Assembly (NCBI GenBank): GCA_963725645.1
Contig: CAVRZD010000002.1
Location: 145,510-209,509, forward strand
Origin: an uncultured Actinomycetes bacterium
GTDB lineage: Bacteria; Actinomycetota; Thermoleophilia; Solirubrobacterales; Solirubrobacteraceae
Direction: 5' to 3'
DNA length: 64,000 bases
Part shown: one piece after another, positions 30,985 through 40,940 of the stretch
How the letters are laid out: each line of letters opens with the position of its first letter
Position numbering within the stretch: the stretch's first letter is position 1
The notes under the pieces: model-generated
Seen by the model: the letters and a program-made list of their open reading frames with translations, nothing else
Databases searched by the model: none
Told to the model about the DNA's origin: nothing
Made by a program: the position numbers and the translations under genes

Positions 30985-32460
30985 ATGGAGAGCGCTCCAC
31001 CGCTGGTCCTCGTCTCCAACCGCGGCCCGGTCGAGTACACGGCCTCGGACGTCAAGCGGGGAAGCGGCGGACTCGTCACCGCGCTGACCGGTCTGGCCTC
31101 CCATCGCGACGCGATCTGGGTCGCGTCGGCCATGACCGAGCACGACGTCCAGAAGTCCGAGGAGGCCGGTGGACGGCCGTTCACCGTGCAGGCTCCCGGC
31201 GGCGGCGAGTACCGCGTGCGCTTCGTGGCCTCGGACGCGGAGGCCTACGACCGGTTCTACAACGTGTTCGCCAACCCGATGCTGTGGTTCATCCAGCACT
31301 ACCTGTGGGACCTGTCGAACGCCCCGGACATCCGCCGCCAGGAGGTCGAGGCGTTCGAGTTCGGCTACAACGTCGTCAACGACGATCTCGCGCGCGCCGT
31401 GGTGGAGGAGGTGGCGGGCCTGCCCGAGCCGGTGGTGATGGTCCACGACTACCACCTCTACACGCTCCCCGGCCTGGTGCGGCAGGCGCGGCCGGACGCG
31501 TTCCTGCACCACTTCGTCCACATCCCCTGGACGCAGTCGGACGCCTGGCGCGTGCTCCCGGGGCAGATCCGCGACGAGATCTTCAACGGGCTGCTGGCCA
31601 ACGACATCGTCGGCTTCCACACGCGGTCCTATCGCCGCAACTTCCTCCAGTGCTGCCGCGACCTGATGGGCTACGAGGTCGACTTCGGCGAGGGGATCGT
31701 GTGGGCGGACGGGCGCGAGGTCTGGGTGCGCGCCTACCCGCTGCCGATCGACTACGCCGCGACGCTGCGGGTGGCCGAGCGCGAGCGCGTGGTGGAGTTC
31801 GAGGCGGAGCTGCTGCACCGGCGGCGGGACCACCTGATCCTGCGCGTCGATCGCGCCGACCTGTCGAAGAACGTGCTGCGCGGATTCACCGCGTTCGACA
31901 TCTTCCTCGAGCAGCATCCGCAGTTCGCCGAGCGGGTCACCTTCGTCGCCCAGCTGATGCCGTCCCGGACCGACGTGCCCGAGTACGCCGAGTACCTCGA
32001 GCGAATCGAGGCGCTCGTCGCGGTCGTGAACCACCGGCACGGCACGCCCGACTGGATGCCGATCCAGCTCAAGCTGCGCGACGATCTCGAGGAGGCCGTG
32101 GCGGCCTACAAGCACTACGACGTGCTGCTCGTCAACGCGATGTTCGACGGGATGAACCTCGTCGCCAAGGAGGGTCCGCTGGTCAACGAGCGCAACGGCG
32201 TCTCGATCCTCTCTGAGAACACGGGCGCGCACGAGGAGCTCGGCGAGTTCGCCCTGTCCGTGAACCCCTTCGACGTCCAGGAGCTCGCCGACTCGATCCA
32301 CGCCGCGCTGACGATGGAGCCGGGCGAGCGCGAGCGCCGGGCGCGCGGCCTCAAGCGGATCGTCACCCGGCGCGATCCGGGCGACTGGATCGACGAGCAG
32401 CTCGCCGACATCCGGGCCAAGGCCGCCGGCCGGGTGCGCACCGGCGGCGCGAGCGTCTAG
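30985..32460 (+). CDS. otsA: alpha,alpha-trehalose-phosphate synthase (GT20)
   Basis: LVLVSNRGP, MLWFIQHYLW, VHDYHLY, GFHT, RVDRADLSKN and DGMNLVAKE are GT20 hallmarks. 491 aa, intact. Confidence 0.9.
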   Translation: MESAPPLVLVSNRGPVEYTASDVKRGSGGLVTALTGLASHRDAIWVASAMTEHDVQKSEEAGGRPFTVQAPGGGEYRVRFVASDAEAYDRFYNVFANPMLWFIQHYLWDLSNAPDIRRQEVEAFEFGYNVVNDDLARAVVEEVAGLPEPVVMVHDYHLYTLPGLVRQARPDAFLHHFVHIPWTQSDAWRVLPGQIRDEIFNGLLANDIVGFHTRSYRRNFLQCCRDLMGYEVDFGEGIVWADGREVWVRAYPLPIDYAATLRVAERERVVEFEAELLHRRRDHLILRVDRADLSKNVLRGFTAFDIFLEQHPQFAERVTFVAQLMPSRTDVPEYAEYLERIEALVAVVNHRHGTPDWMPIQLKLRDDLEEAVAAYKHYDVLLVNAMFDGMNLVAKEGPLVNERNGVSILSENTGAHEELGEFALSVNPFDVQELADSIHAALTMEPGERERRARGLKRIVTRRDPGDWIDEQLADIRAKAAGRVRTGGASV

Positions 32461-32466
32461 AGGTCG

Positions 32467-32895
32467 TTAGCCCGGGACGAACTCCTGGTCGCCGGCGGGC
32501 GCCGTCGGGCCGGTGTCGGTCGGCGCCGGGGACGCGCCGCCGTCGGGTGGCGGTGCGGGTGGCGGGTGGCGCGCCCTTCGACGCGCGCGGCGCGCGTGCC
32601 GCACGTGCGGCCGCCGGGCGGGGCGGCGGCGGGCGGCGGGCGCGGGATGACGGCGGGGGACGGGCGGTCGCGTGGTGGTGGGCCGGATCGAGGACACCGG
32701 CGGGGCTGGGGGCACCGTCGCCTGCGGCGCGGACGCGCTCGGCGCCGTCGACGCGGCCTCGTCGGGCAGGCCCGGCCCGCGGCGCTGGAGGTGCGGCCAC
32801 GCGAGCACCAGGCCGATCGCGACCAGCGCCGCAAGGGCCCACGCGACGTTCCCCCAGCGAATCCGGCGCAGCAGGCTCGGCGAGTCGGGCTCCAT
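32467..32895 (-). CDS. Pro/Ala-rich membrane-anchored hypothetical protein
   Basis: ATG with GGAAGG upstream. One TM helix (VAWALAALVAIGLVLAW) is followed by a low-complexity Pro-rich tail. The coding call is uncertain. Confidence 0.4.
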   Translation of the reverse strand: MEPDSPSLLRRIRWGNVAWALAALVAIGLVLAWPHLQRRGPGLPDEAASTAPSASAPQATVPPAPPVSSIRPTTTRPPVPRRHPAPAARRRPARRPHVRHARRARRRARHPPPAPPPDGGASPAPTDTGPTAPAGDQEFVPG

Positions 32896-32991
32896 GCCCG
32901 GAGAAGGCGCCTTCCCAGGGCATTCGCCCCCCTGCTATCGTCCGCCGCCGCCGCTGAAGCGCGCCTTCGCGCCGTCAGCGGCGTTCTTGCG

Positions 32992-33516
32992 ATGGCACCC
33001 GTCTACGACCTCATGCTGCTGCTCGACACGGCCGCGACCGACGCGCAGCGCGAGAAGATCCTGGCCGACGCCGAGGCGGCGATCGCCGCCGAGGGCACGC
33101 TCGTGGGCAAGCACGACTGGGGCGCCCGCGCGCTGGCCTACGAGATCCGGCACAAGGGCGACGCCGAGTACCACCTCTTCCAGTTCAACGCCACACCGGC
33201 CCTGCTCGAGCGCCTGCATCGCACGCTCCGGCTGACCGACGGCGTCGTGCGCTTCCGGATCATCAAGCTGGCCCCTGGGACGCCGGAGCCCCCGGCGGTC
33301 CGCCCGGAGCCGCCCCGCCCCGCCGAAGCAGCGCCCGTGGCCGAGGCTGCACCCACCGCTGCGGAGCCCGCGCCCGCGGAGCCCACACCCGAGGCCGAGC
33401 CGCCGGCCGAGGCTGCGCGCCCGCCGAGGAGGCCGACGGCGCAGGCACCGAGGAGGCGTCTGCCCCAGCGGCGGAGTAGCGGTGCGCCGGCGCTCCGGCC
33501 CCGAATCACCACGTAA
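32992..33516 (+). CDS. rpsF: 30S ribosomal protein S6 (C-terminal tail possibly frame-shifted near 33418)
   Basis: MAPVYDLMLLLD...GKHDWGARALAYEIRHKGDAEYHLFQFNA...DGVVRFRIIK is canonical S6. An acidic tail ...AEEADGAGTEEASAPAAE* ending at 33479 is readable in the -1 frame. Confidence 0.9.
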   Translation: MAPVYDLMLLLDTAATDAQREKILADAEAAIAAEGTLVGKHDWGARALAYEIRHKGDAEYHLFQFNATPALLERLHRTLRLTDGVVRFRIIKLAPGTPEPPAVRPEPPRPAEAAPVAEAAPTAAEPAPAEPTPEAEPPAEAARPPRRPTAQAPRRRLPQRRSSGAPALRPRITT

Positions 33517-33551
33517 GACGAGAAACCCTTGATATAGAAGGACTTCTCGTC
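33517..33551. terminator. AT-rich hairpin between convergent rpsF and ssb (putative bidirectional terminator)
   Basis: GACGAGAA-ACCCTTGATATAGAAGGAC-TTCTCGTC has an 8-bp outer stem with an inner CCTT/AAGG pairing. It is unusually AT-rich for this window and begins right after the rpsF-frame TAA. Confidence 0.5.
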
Positions 33552-33615
33552 TCTCGTGGCAGGCCAACCGCCGAAGCGGCCCCGCACCCTCCTCGATGAC
33601 CGCCGTTACCGGCGC

Positions 33616-34071
33616 CTAGAACGGAATGTCGTCGTCGCCGGTGCCACCGGACGTCGCGCTCGGCGCGAAGTCCTTCTCGTCCACAGGCACGTCGCTCTTG
33701 GCCGAGAAGCCGTTGCCGGTCCCCGCGTCGTCGCGTCCACCGAGGAACTGGACGGAGTCAGCGACGATCTCGACGGCCTGGCGCTTGCCGGAGCCATCCT
33801 GAGCTTCCCACTCTCTCCACTCCAGACGGCCGTCGACCGCGACGGGGCGGCCCTTCGAGAGGTACTGGGCGCAGTTCTCGCCCTGCTTGCCCCAGACGGT
33901 CACATCGAAGTAGTTGGGCTTGTCGACCCATTCGCCAGAGGCATCCTTGCGGCGCGTGTTGCAGGCGACGCGCAGACTGCAGACGGCGGTCCCGCTGGGC
34001 AGGGAGCGCAGCTCAGGGTCGCGGGTGAGGTTTCCGGTGATGACGACACGATTGATGTTGGTGGCAGCCAC
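33616..34071 (-). CDS. ssb: single-stranded DNA-binding protein
   Basis: GTG preceded by AAAGGAG. The OB fold is NINRVVITGNLTRDPELRSLPSGTAVCSLRVA...YFDVTVWGKQGENCAQYLSKGRPVAVDGRLEWREWE. The acidic tip is GDDDIPF. Confidence 0.95.
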   Translation of the reverse strand: MAATNINRVVITGNLTRDPELRSLPSGTAVCSLRVACNTRRKDASGEWVDKPNYFDVTVWGKQGENCAQYLSKGRPVAVDGRLEWREWEAQDGSGKRQAVEIVADSVQFLGGRDDAGTGNGFSAKSDVPVDEKDFAPSATSGGTGDDDIPF

Positions 34072-34298
34072 GGTGGCTCCTTTCAACGGCCAGCGTGGGG
34101 CCGCATGACGACTTCGAAATCTCGTTCCGAGCCTAGCGCCCGCGGCGGCGGCCGCGGCCGAAAGACGCAGCATTGTGCGCGGGATTTCGCTGAGCCGGCG
34201 CGCGCCGCACGGAATACGCCACGCGCTAGACTCTCACGCTCTCGCGCCCGGGGAACGTCCCCGGCGCTCGTTCCACATCAGGGAATCTTCGACCGAGC

Positions 34299-34613
34299 AT
34301 GGCCAAACAGCGCAATCGCCGCAAGGTGCGCCGTCGCGACCGCAAGGGCGGTCCCGGCAGCGGCCGGCGCAAGCCCTGTCCGTACTGCCGCGACAAGATC
34401 GACCAGGTGGACTACAAGGACATCGGCTCGCTGCGCCGGATGATCTCCGACCGCGGCAAGATCCGCTCGCGCCGCATCACCGGCGCCTGCCGCCGCCACC
34501 AGAGCCAGATCGCGCGGGCGGTGAAGCGCGCCCGCGAGCTGGCGCTGCTGCCGTACGTGGCCGAGGGCCGCGACGATCGCGAGCGCGACGATCGCGGCCG
34601 CGACCGCCGCTGA
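34299..34613 (+). CDS. rpsR: 30S ribosomal protein S18
   Basis: CPYCRDKIDQVDYKDIGSLRRMISDRGKIRSRRITGACRRHQSQIARAVKRARELALLPY. Confidence 0.95.
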   Translation: MAKQRNRRKVRRRDRKGGPGSGRRKPCPYCRDKIDQVDYKDIGSLRRMISDRGKIRSRRITGACRRHQSQIARAVKRARELALLPYVAEGRDDRERDDRGRDRR

Positions 34614-34620
34614 TCGCCGG

Positions 34621-35073
34621 ATGCCCCAGGCGATCCTCCTCCAGGACGTGGACACGCTCGGCGAGCGCGGCACGATCATCGACGTCTCGAAGGGGTACCT
34701 GCGGAACTACCTCGTCCCGCGCAAGCTCGCGCAGCCGGCCACGCCCGCCGCGCTGGAGGCGGCCAAGTCGCGCATGGAGGCGGCGGAACGCGCGAAGGAG
34801 GAGGCCGCCTCGCGCGCCGAGGACAACGCCGCACTGCTGACCAAGACGGTGCTCACGATCCCCCAGCAAGCCGGCGACGACGGGCGGCTGTTCGGGTCGG
34901 TCACGAGCCAGGACATCGTCGACGCGATCCGCGACGCGCGCGGCCTGCGCGTCGACAAGCGCAAGGTCCACCTCGAGGAGCCGATCCGCAACGTCGGCAC
35001 CCACATGGTCGTCGTCGAGATCGCCGACGGCGTCACCGCGACCGTCAAGACGATGGTCGTGGCGAGCGACTAG
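34621..35073 (+). CDS. rplI: 50S ribosomal protein L9
   Basis: MPQAILLQDVDTLGERGTIIDVSKGYLRNYLVPRKLA... 150 aa. Confidence 0.95.
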   Translation: MPQAILLQDVDTLGERGTIIDVSKGYLRNYLVPRKLAQPATPAALEAAKSRMEAAERAKEEAASRAEDNAALLTKTVLTIPQQAGDDGRLFGSVTSQDIVDAIRDARGLRVDKRKVHLEEPIRNVGTHMVVVEIADGVTATVKTMVVASD

Positions 35074-35173
35074 GCCGCTTCGCAACGGTTCTTCGACGGA
35101 CCGAAACAAGTTCGCCTGAATAGCGGGGAAGCTCCGGAGACGGCGCCGGGCAGCCACCTATAGTCGGTCGGCG

Positions 35174-36532
35174 ATGGCCACCGCCGAACGCCCGCACCTC
35201 GCCGCCCCGCCGCACAACCTCGAGGCCGAGGAGTCGGTGCTCGGCGCGATCCTGCTCTCCGACAAGCCGCTGTACCAGCTGGTGATCGAGGACGACCTCG
35301 TCCCCGAGGACTTCTACCGCGAGCAGCACCGCGTGGTCTACGCGGCGATGCGCGAGATGTACGACGAGGGCGAGCCGATCGACGCCCTCACGGTCACCGA
35401 GCGCCTCCGCCAGGCCGGCCGCCTGGAGGAGGCGGGCGGCGAGTCCGGGGTCGCGGCGCTCGGCGGCTCGGTCCCGGCGGCCGGGCACCTGCGGCACTAC
35501 GCGCAGATCGTCAAGGAGAACGCGCTGATGCGGCGGCTCCTGACGACCACCCACGAGATCCAGGCCAGCGTCCTGCGGCACGAGGCCGCACCGCGCGACC
35601 TGGTCGAGCAGGCCGAGCGCGCGATGCTCGAGGTCGCCCACGACGACCGCCGGCAGGACTTCCGTCGCATCGACGACATCCTCCACGTCGAGCTGGACAA
35701 GCTCCACCGTCTCTCGGTCGAGAAGACGGCACTGACGGGCGTGCCCGCCGGCTTCAAGGACCTCGACAACCTCACCGGCGGCTTCCAGAGCGGCAACCTC
35801 GTGGTCATCGCGGCCCGTCCCTCGATGGGCAAGAGCTGCCTGGTCACGAACATCGCCGAGAACGCGGCGCTCGACCACGACCGCCCCGTGGCCCTGTTCT
35901 CGCTGGAGATGTCGGAGGCCGAGCTGGCGATGCGCTTCATCGCGAGCCAGGCCCGGGTCAAGGGCGAGGACCTGTCCAAGGGCCGGGCGGAGAAGCGCTG
36001 GCCCAAGATCGTCGAGGCGACCAGCCGGCTCGCCGCCGCGCCGATCTACGTCGACGACTCCAGCGACCTCGGCATCCTCGAGCTGCGGGCCAAGGCCCGC
36101 CGGCTGCACTCGCAGGCCAAGAGCGGCCTCGGCCTCATCATCGTCGACTACCTCCAGCTCATGCGCACCGACCACCGCGTCGACAACCGCGCCGAGCAGG
36201 TCGCACATTTGTCGCGAGGCCTGAAGATCCTCGCTCGCGAGCTCGACGTCCCCGTGATCGCGCTCTCCCAGCTCAACCGCGGCGTCGAGGCGCGGACCGA
36301 CAAGCGGCCGCTGCTCTCCGATCTGCGCGAGTCCGGCGCGATCGAGCAGGACGCCGACCTCGTGATGTTCATCTACCGCGACGACTACTACAACGAGGAC
36401 TCAGAGACGCCGGGCCAGGCCGAGCTGATCATCTCCAAGCACCGCAACGGGCCGCTCGGGAAGGTCGACCTCGTCTTCCAGTCCGAGTACCCGCGCTTCG
36501 TGACGCTGGCCCGCCGCGAGGCCGCGGCGTGA
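35174..36532 (+). CDS. dnaB: replicative DNA helicase DnaB
   Basis: PPHNLEAEESVLGAILL. Walker A is ARPSMGKS, Walker B is IIVDYLQLM. Also SRGLKILARELDVPVIALSQLNR and RESGAIEQDADLVMFIYRD. Confidence 0.95.
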   Translation: MATAERPHLAAPPHNLEAEESVLGAILLSDKPLYQLVIEDDLVPEDFYREQHRVVYAAMREMYDEGEPIDALTVTERLRQAGRLEEAGGESGVAALGGSVPAAGHLRHYAQIVKENALMRRLLTTTHEIQASVLRHEAAPRDLVEQAERAMLEVAHDDRRQDFRRIDDILHVELDKLHRLSVEKTALTGVPAGFKDLDNLTGGFQSGNLVVIAARPSMGKSCLVTNIAENAALDHDRPVALFSLEMSEAELAMRFIASQARVKGEDLSKGRAEKRWPKIVEATSRLAAAPIYVDDSSDLGILELRAKARRLHSQAKSGLGLIIVDYLQLMRTDHRVDNRAEQVAHLSRGLKILARELDVPVIALSQLNRGVEARTDKRPLLSDLRESGAIEQDADLVMFIYRDDYYNEDSETPGQAELIISKHRNGPLGKVDLVFQSEYPRFVTLARREAAA

Positions 36533-37221
36533 GTGCGCCCTGCCCCCTCGGCGTCTGCGACGGGAGCGGGTTCGTGATCGACGAGGCGACGAACGGCGCC
36601 GTCGCCTGCGAATGCCGGCCGGCCCGCATCAACCGTGCGCGGGCGCGCAGCCTCTCCGCCGTGATCCCGAAGCGCTTTCGCGGCGTGTCCTTCGACCGCG
36701 CGCCGGTCGTGGACATGGCCCCGGAGATCGTGCGCGTCGTGCGCCGATACGTCGACGACGTCGACGGCAACCTCGACGCGGGGCGCGGCCTGTGGTTCAC
36801 CGGCGACGTCGGCACCGGCAAGACGACGCTGGCCATGCTGGTGTCCCGCGCCGCGCTCGACGCCGGGCGCTCGGTCGCGATCTACTCGCTCCCGCGCCTG
36901 CTGGCGGAGATCCGCAAGACCTTCGACGAGGGCGCCGAGCGCTCGCACCTCGACCTGCTGGAGCGCCTCGCCGCGGTCGACCTGCTCCACGTCGACGACG
37001 TCGGCGCCGAACGCACCAGCGACTGGGTGCTCGAGCAGCTCTACTCGATCGTCAACGCGCGCTACGAGGACGAGCGCGCGATGGTGATCACGACCAACCT
37101 CGACCACGCCGCCCTGCGCGAGCAGATCGGCGAGCGCACCGTCTCGCGGCTGATCGAGATCTGCGGCGACCCGCTGCCGCTGTACGGCCACGACCGGCGC
37201 ATGGACCTGCGGGCGTCCTAG
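36529..37221 (+). CDS. DnaC/DnaI/IstB-like AAA+ ATPase with N-terminal 4-Cys module (putative helicase loader)
   Basis: The GTG overlaps the dnaB TGA (GTGA at 36529-36532). The Cys cluster is CPLGVCDGSGF...CEC. Walker A is GDVGTGKTT, Walker B is LLHVDDVG, sensor is ITTN, and RTVSRL follows. Confidence 0.75.
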   Translation: MSAPCPLGVCDGSGFVIDEATNGAVACECRPARINRARARSLSAVIPKRFRGVSFDRAPVVDMAPEIVRVVRRYVDDVDGNLDAGRGLWFTGDVGTGKTTLAMLVSRAALDAGRSVAIYSLPRLLAEIRKTFDEGAERSHLDLLERLAAVDLLHVDDVGAERTSDWVLEQLYSIVNARYEDERAMVITTNLDHAALREQIGERTVSRLIEICGDPLPLYGHDRRMDLRAS

Positions 37222-37240
37222 CCCGCCCCGCGCCTCGTAG

Positions 37241-39220
<1,980 letters not shown>

Positions 39221-39230
<10 letters not shown>

Positions 39231-39937
39231 CGGTCCAGCAGTTCCCGCTCGGGGACGTCGCTCACCACCCGGGCCGGTACGCCCATGACCACCGTGCGCG
39301 GCGGCGCGTCCCGCGTCAGCACGGCCCCGGCCGCCACGAACGCCTCCTCCCCGACCTCGACCCCCGGCACGAGCACGACGCCGCCGCCCACGCGGCAGGC
39401 CCGGCGCAGGGTGGCGCCGGCGAGCGGCGCGTCCTTCGGATGGCGCGCCATCGTGTCGTCGTTCGTCGTCACCACGCCGGGGCCGACGAACACGTCGTCC
39501 TCGATCACCGATCCGGCCGTCAGGTAGACGTTGGTCTGGACCCGCACGCGCTCCCCGATCGCCACGTCGTTGTCCACCGCGCTGGCCCGGCCGATGACGG
39601 TCCCGGCGCCGATCGTCGTGCGCTCCCGTACGTGGGCCTGGTCGCCGACGATCGCACCCGGCCCGAGCCGCGTCCCGGCGAAGACGATCGCGCCGGCGCA
39701 GACCGCAACCCCGGCCTCGAGCACGAGCGGCGCGAGCGAGCCGGCGGCGGCCGCCGCCTGAGAGTGCGGCGCGAGCCGGGGCGGCTTGCCGAGCACCACG
39801 TGATCCTGGAGCTCGCAGCCATCGCCGATCACAGTCCCCGGGTGCACGACGACGAAGGCGCCGAAGCGCACGCCCTCCCCGATGTGCACGCCCTCCCCGA
39901 TGACCGGCGCGCCCGGTTCCTCAGGCGCCGCCGACAT
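39221..39937 (-). CDS. left-handed beta-helix (hexapeptide repeat) sugar N-acetyltransferase, WbpD/WlbB-like
   Basis: ATG at 39937. It has serial hexapeptide repeats (IGEGVHIGEGVRFGAFVVV..., IGAGTVIGRASAVDNDVAIGERVRV). Confidence 0.75.
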
Positions 39938-40940
39938 GCGCCTCCGAGCGCCGGGACGACGCGAGCGAGTCCTGCAGCGCCTCCAGCACCCGGACCACGC
40001 GCAGCCCGCTCTCGCCGTCGGACCGCGGCGTCGCTCCGTCCCGCACACAGGCGACGAAGTGCTCGCACTCGGCGCGCAGCGGCTCGGTGTTGGGGATGCG
40101 CGGGCTCCAGGTGTCGCCCGACCGCGTGATGTACTCGCCGTAGGAGTCGGCGCGCTCGTCGAAGCCCTTGTCGTAGACCGTCACCTTGCGCTCGAGCTCC
40201 ATGTCGTCAAAGGTCGCCATCCGCTTGGAGCCGACGACCGTGAAGCGCCGCTCCTTGTGCGGGTCGAGCCAGGACAGGTGGAGGTGCGCGGCCAGGCCCG
40301 AGGGAAAGCGCATGAAGCAGAAGACGACGTCCTCGATCCCGGGCTGCATGTAGGACTCGCCGCGGGCCTCGACCTCGTGAGGCTCCTCGCCGGCGAGCGC
40401 CAGCAGCACGGACACGTCGTGCGCGCCGAGGCTCCACAGCGCGTTCTCCTCCTCGCGCAGGACGCCGAGGTTGAGCCGGTTGGAGTAGATGTAGCGGATG
40501 TCGCCGAGCTCGCCGGAGTCGGCGATCTCCTTCAGCCGCAGCACGCCCGGGTGATACTCGAGCAGGTGGCCCACCATCAGCACGCGCTGCGCCGCGCGGG
40601 CGGCCTCGACCGCGCGCTCGGCGTCCGTGACACGCTCGGCCAGCGGCTTCTCGACGAAGCAGTGCTTGCCGGCCTCGAGCACTCGAACGGCGAGCTCGGC
40701 GTGCGTCGGGACGGGGGTGGCGAGGGCGATCGCATCGAGCTGCGGGTCGTCCAGCAGGTCCCCGAGCTCGCCGGTCACGCGGGTGTCGCGCAGCGAGGGC
40801 GCGAGGCGCTCGCGCGCCTCCGCGGACGCGTCGCACACCCACGACAGCTCGCAGCCGGGCAGGCCGTCGAAGTTGCGCGCCAGGTTTGGGCCCCAGTAGC
40901 CGAGGCCGACCACGCCGACGCGGACCGGCTCGCCGTTCAC
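39921..40940 (-). CDS. Gfo/Idh/MocA-family NAD-dependent sugar oxidoreductase (WbpB-like)
   Basis: The GTG overlaps the upstream TGA. The Rossmann N-terminus is VRVGVVGLGYWGPN, with EKPLA and a C-terminal GFO_IDH_MocA_C-like domain. Confidence 0.8.
   Translation of the reverse strand: MNGEPVRVGVVGLGYWGPNLARNFDGLPGCELSWVCDASAEARERLAPSLRDTRVTGELGDLLDDPQLDAIALATPVPTHAELAVRVLEAGKHCFVEKPLAERVTDAERAVEAARAAQRVLMVGHLLEYHPGVLRLKEIADSGELGDIRYIYSNRLNLGVLREEENALWSLGAHDVSVLLALAGEEPHEVEARGESYMQPGIEDVVFCFMRFPSGLAAHLHLSWLDPHKERRFTVVGSKRMATFDDMELERKVTVYDKGFDERADSYGEYITRSGDTWSPRIPNTEPLRAECEHFVACVRDGATPRSDGESGLRVVRVLEALQDSLASSRRSEAHVGGA

Noticed and set aside
33582-34105. Short inverted repeat (GCGGCCCCGCAC / GTGGGGCCGC) flanking ssb as a possible inversion footprint
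   Set aside because: It is only about 10-11 matching GC-rich bases with a gap. This is easily expected by chance in spacers of this composition.
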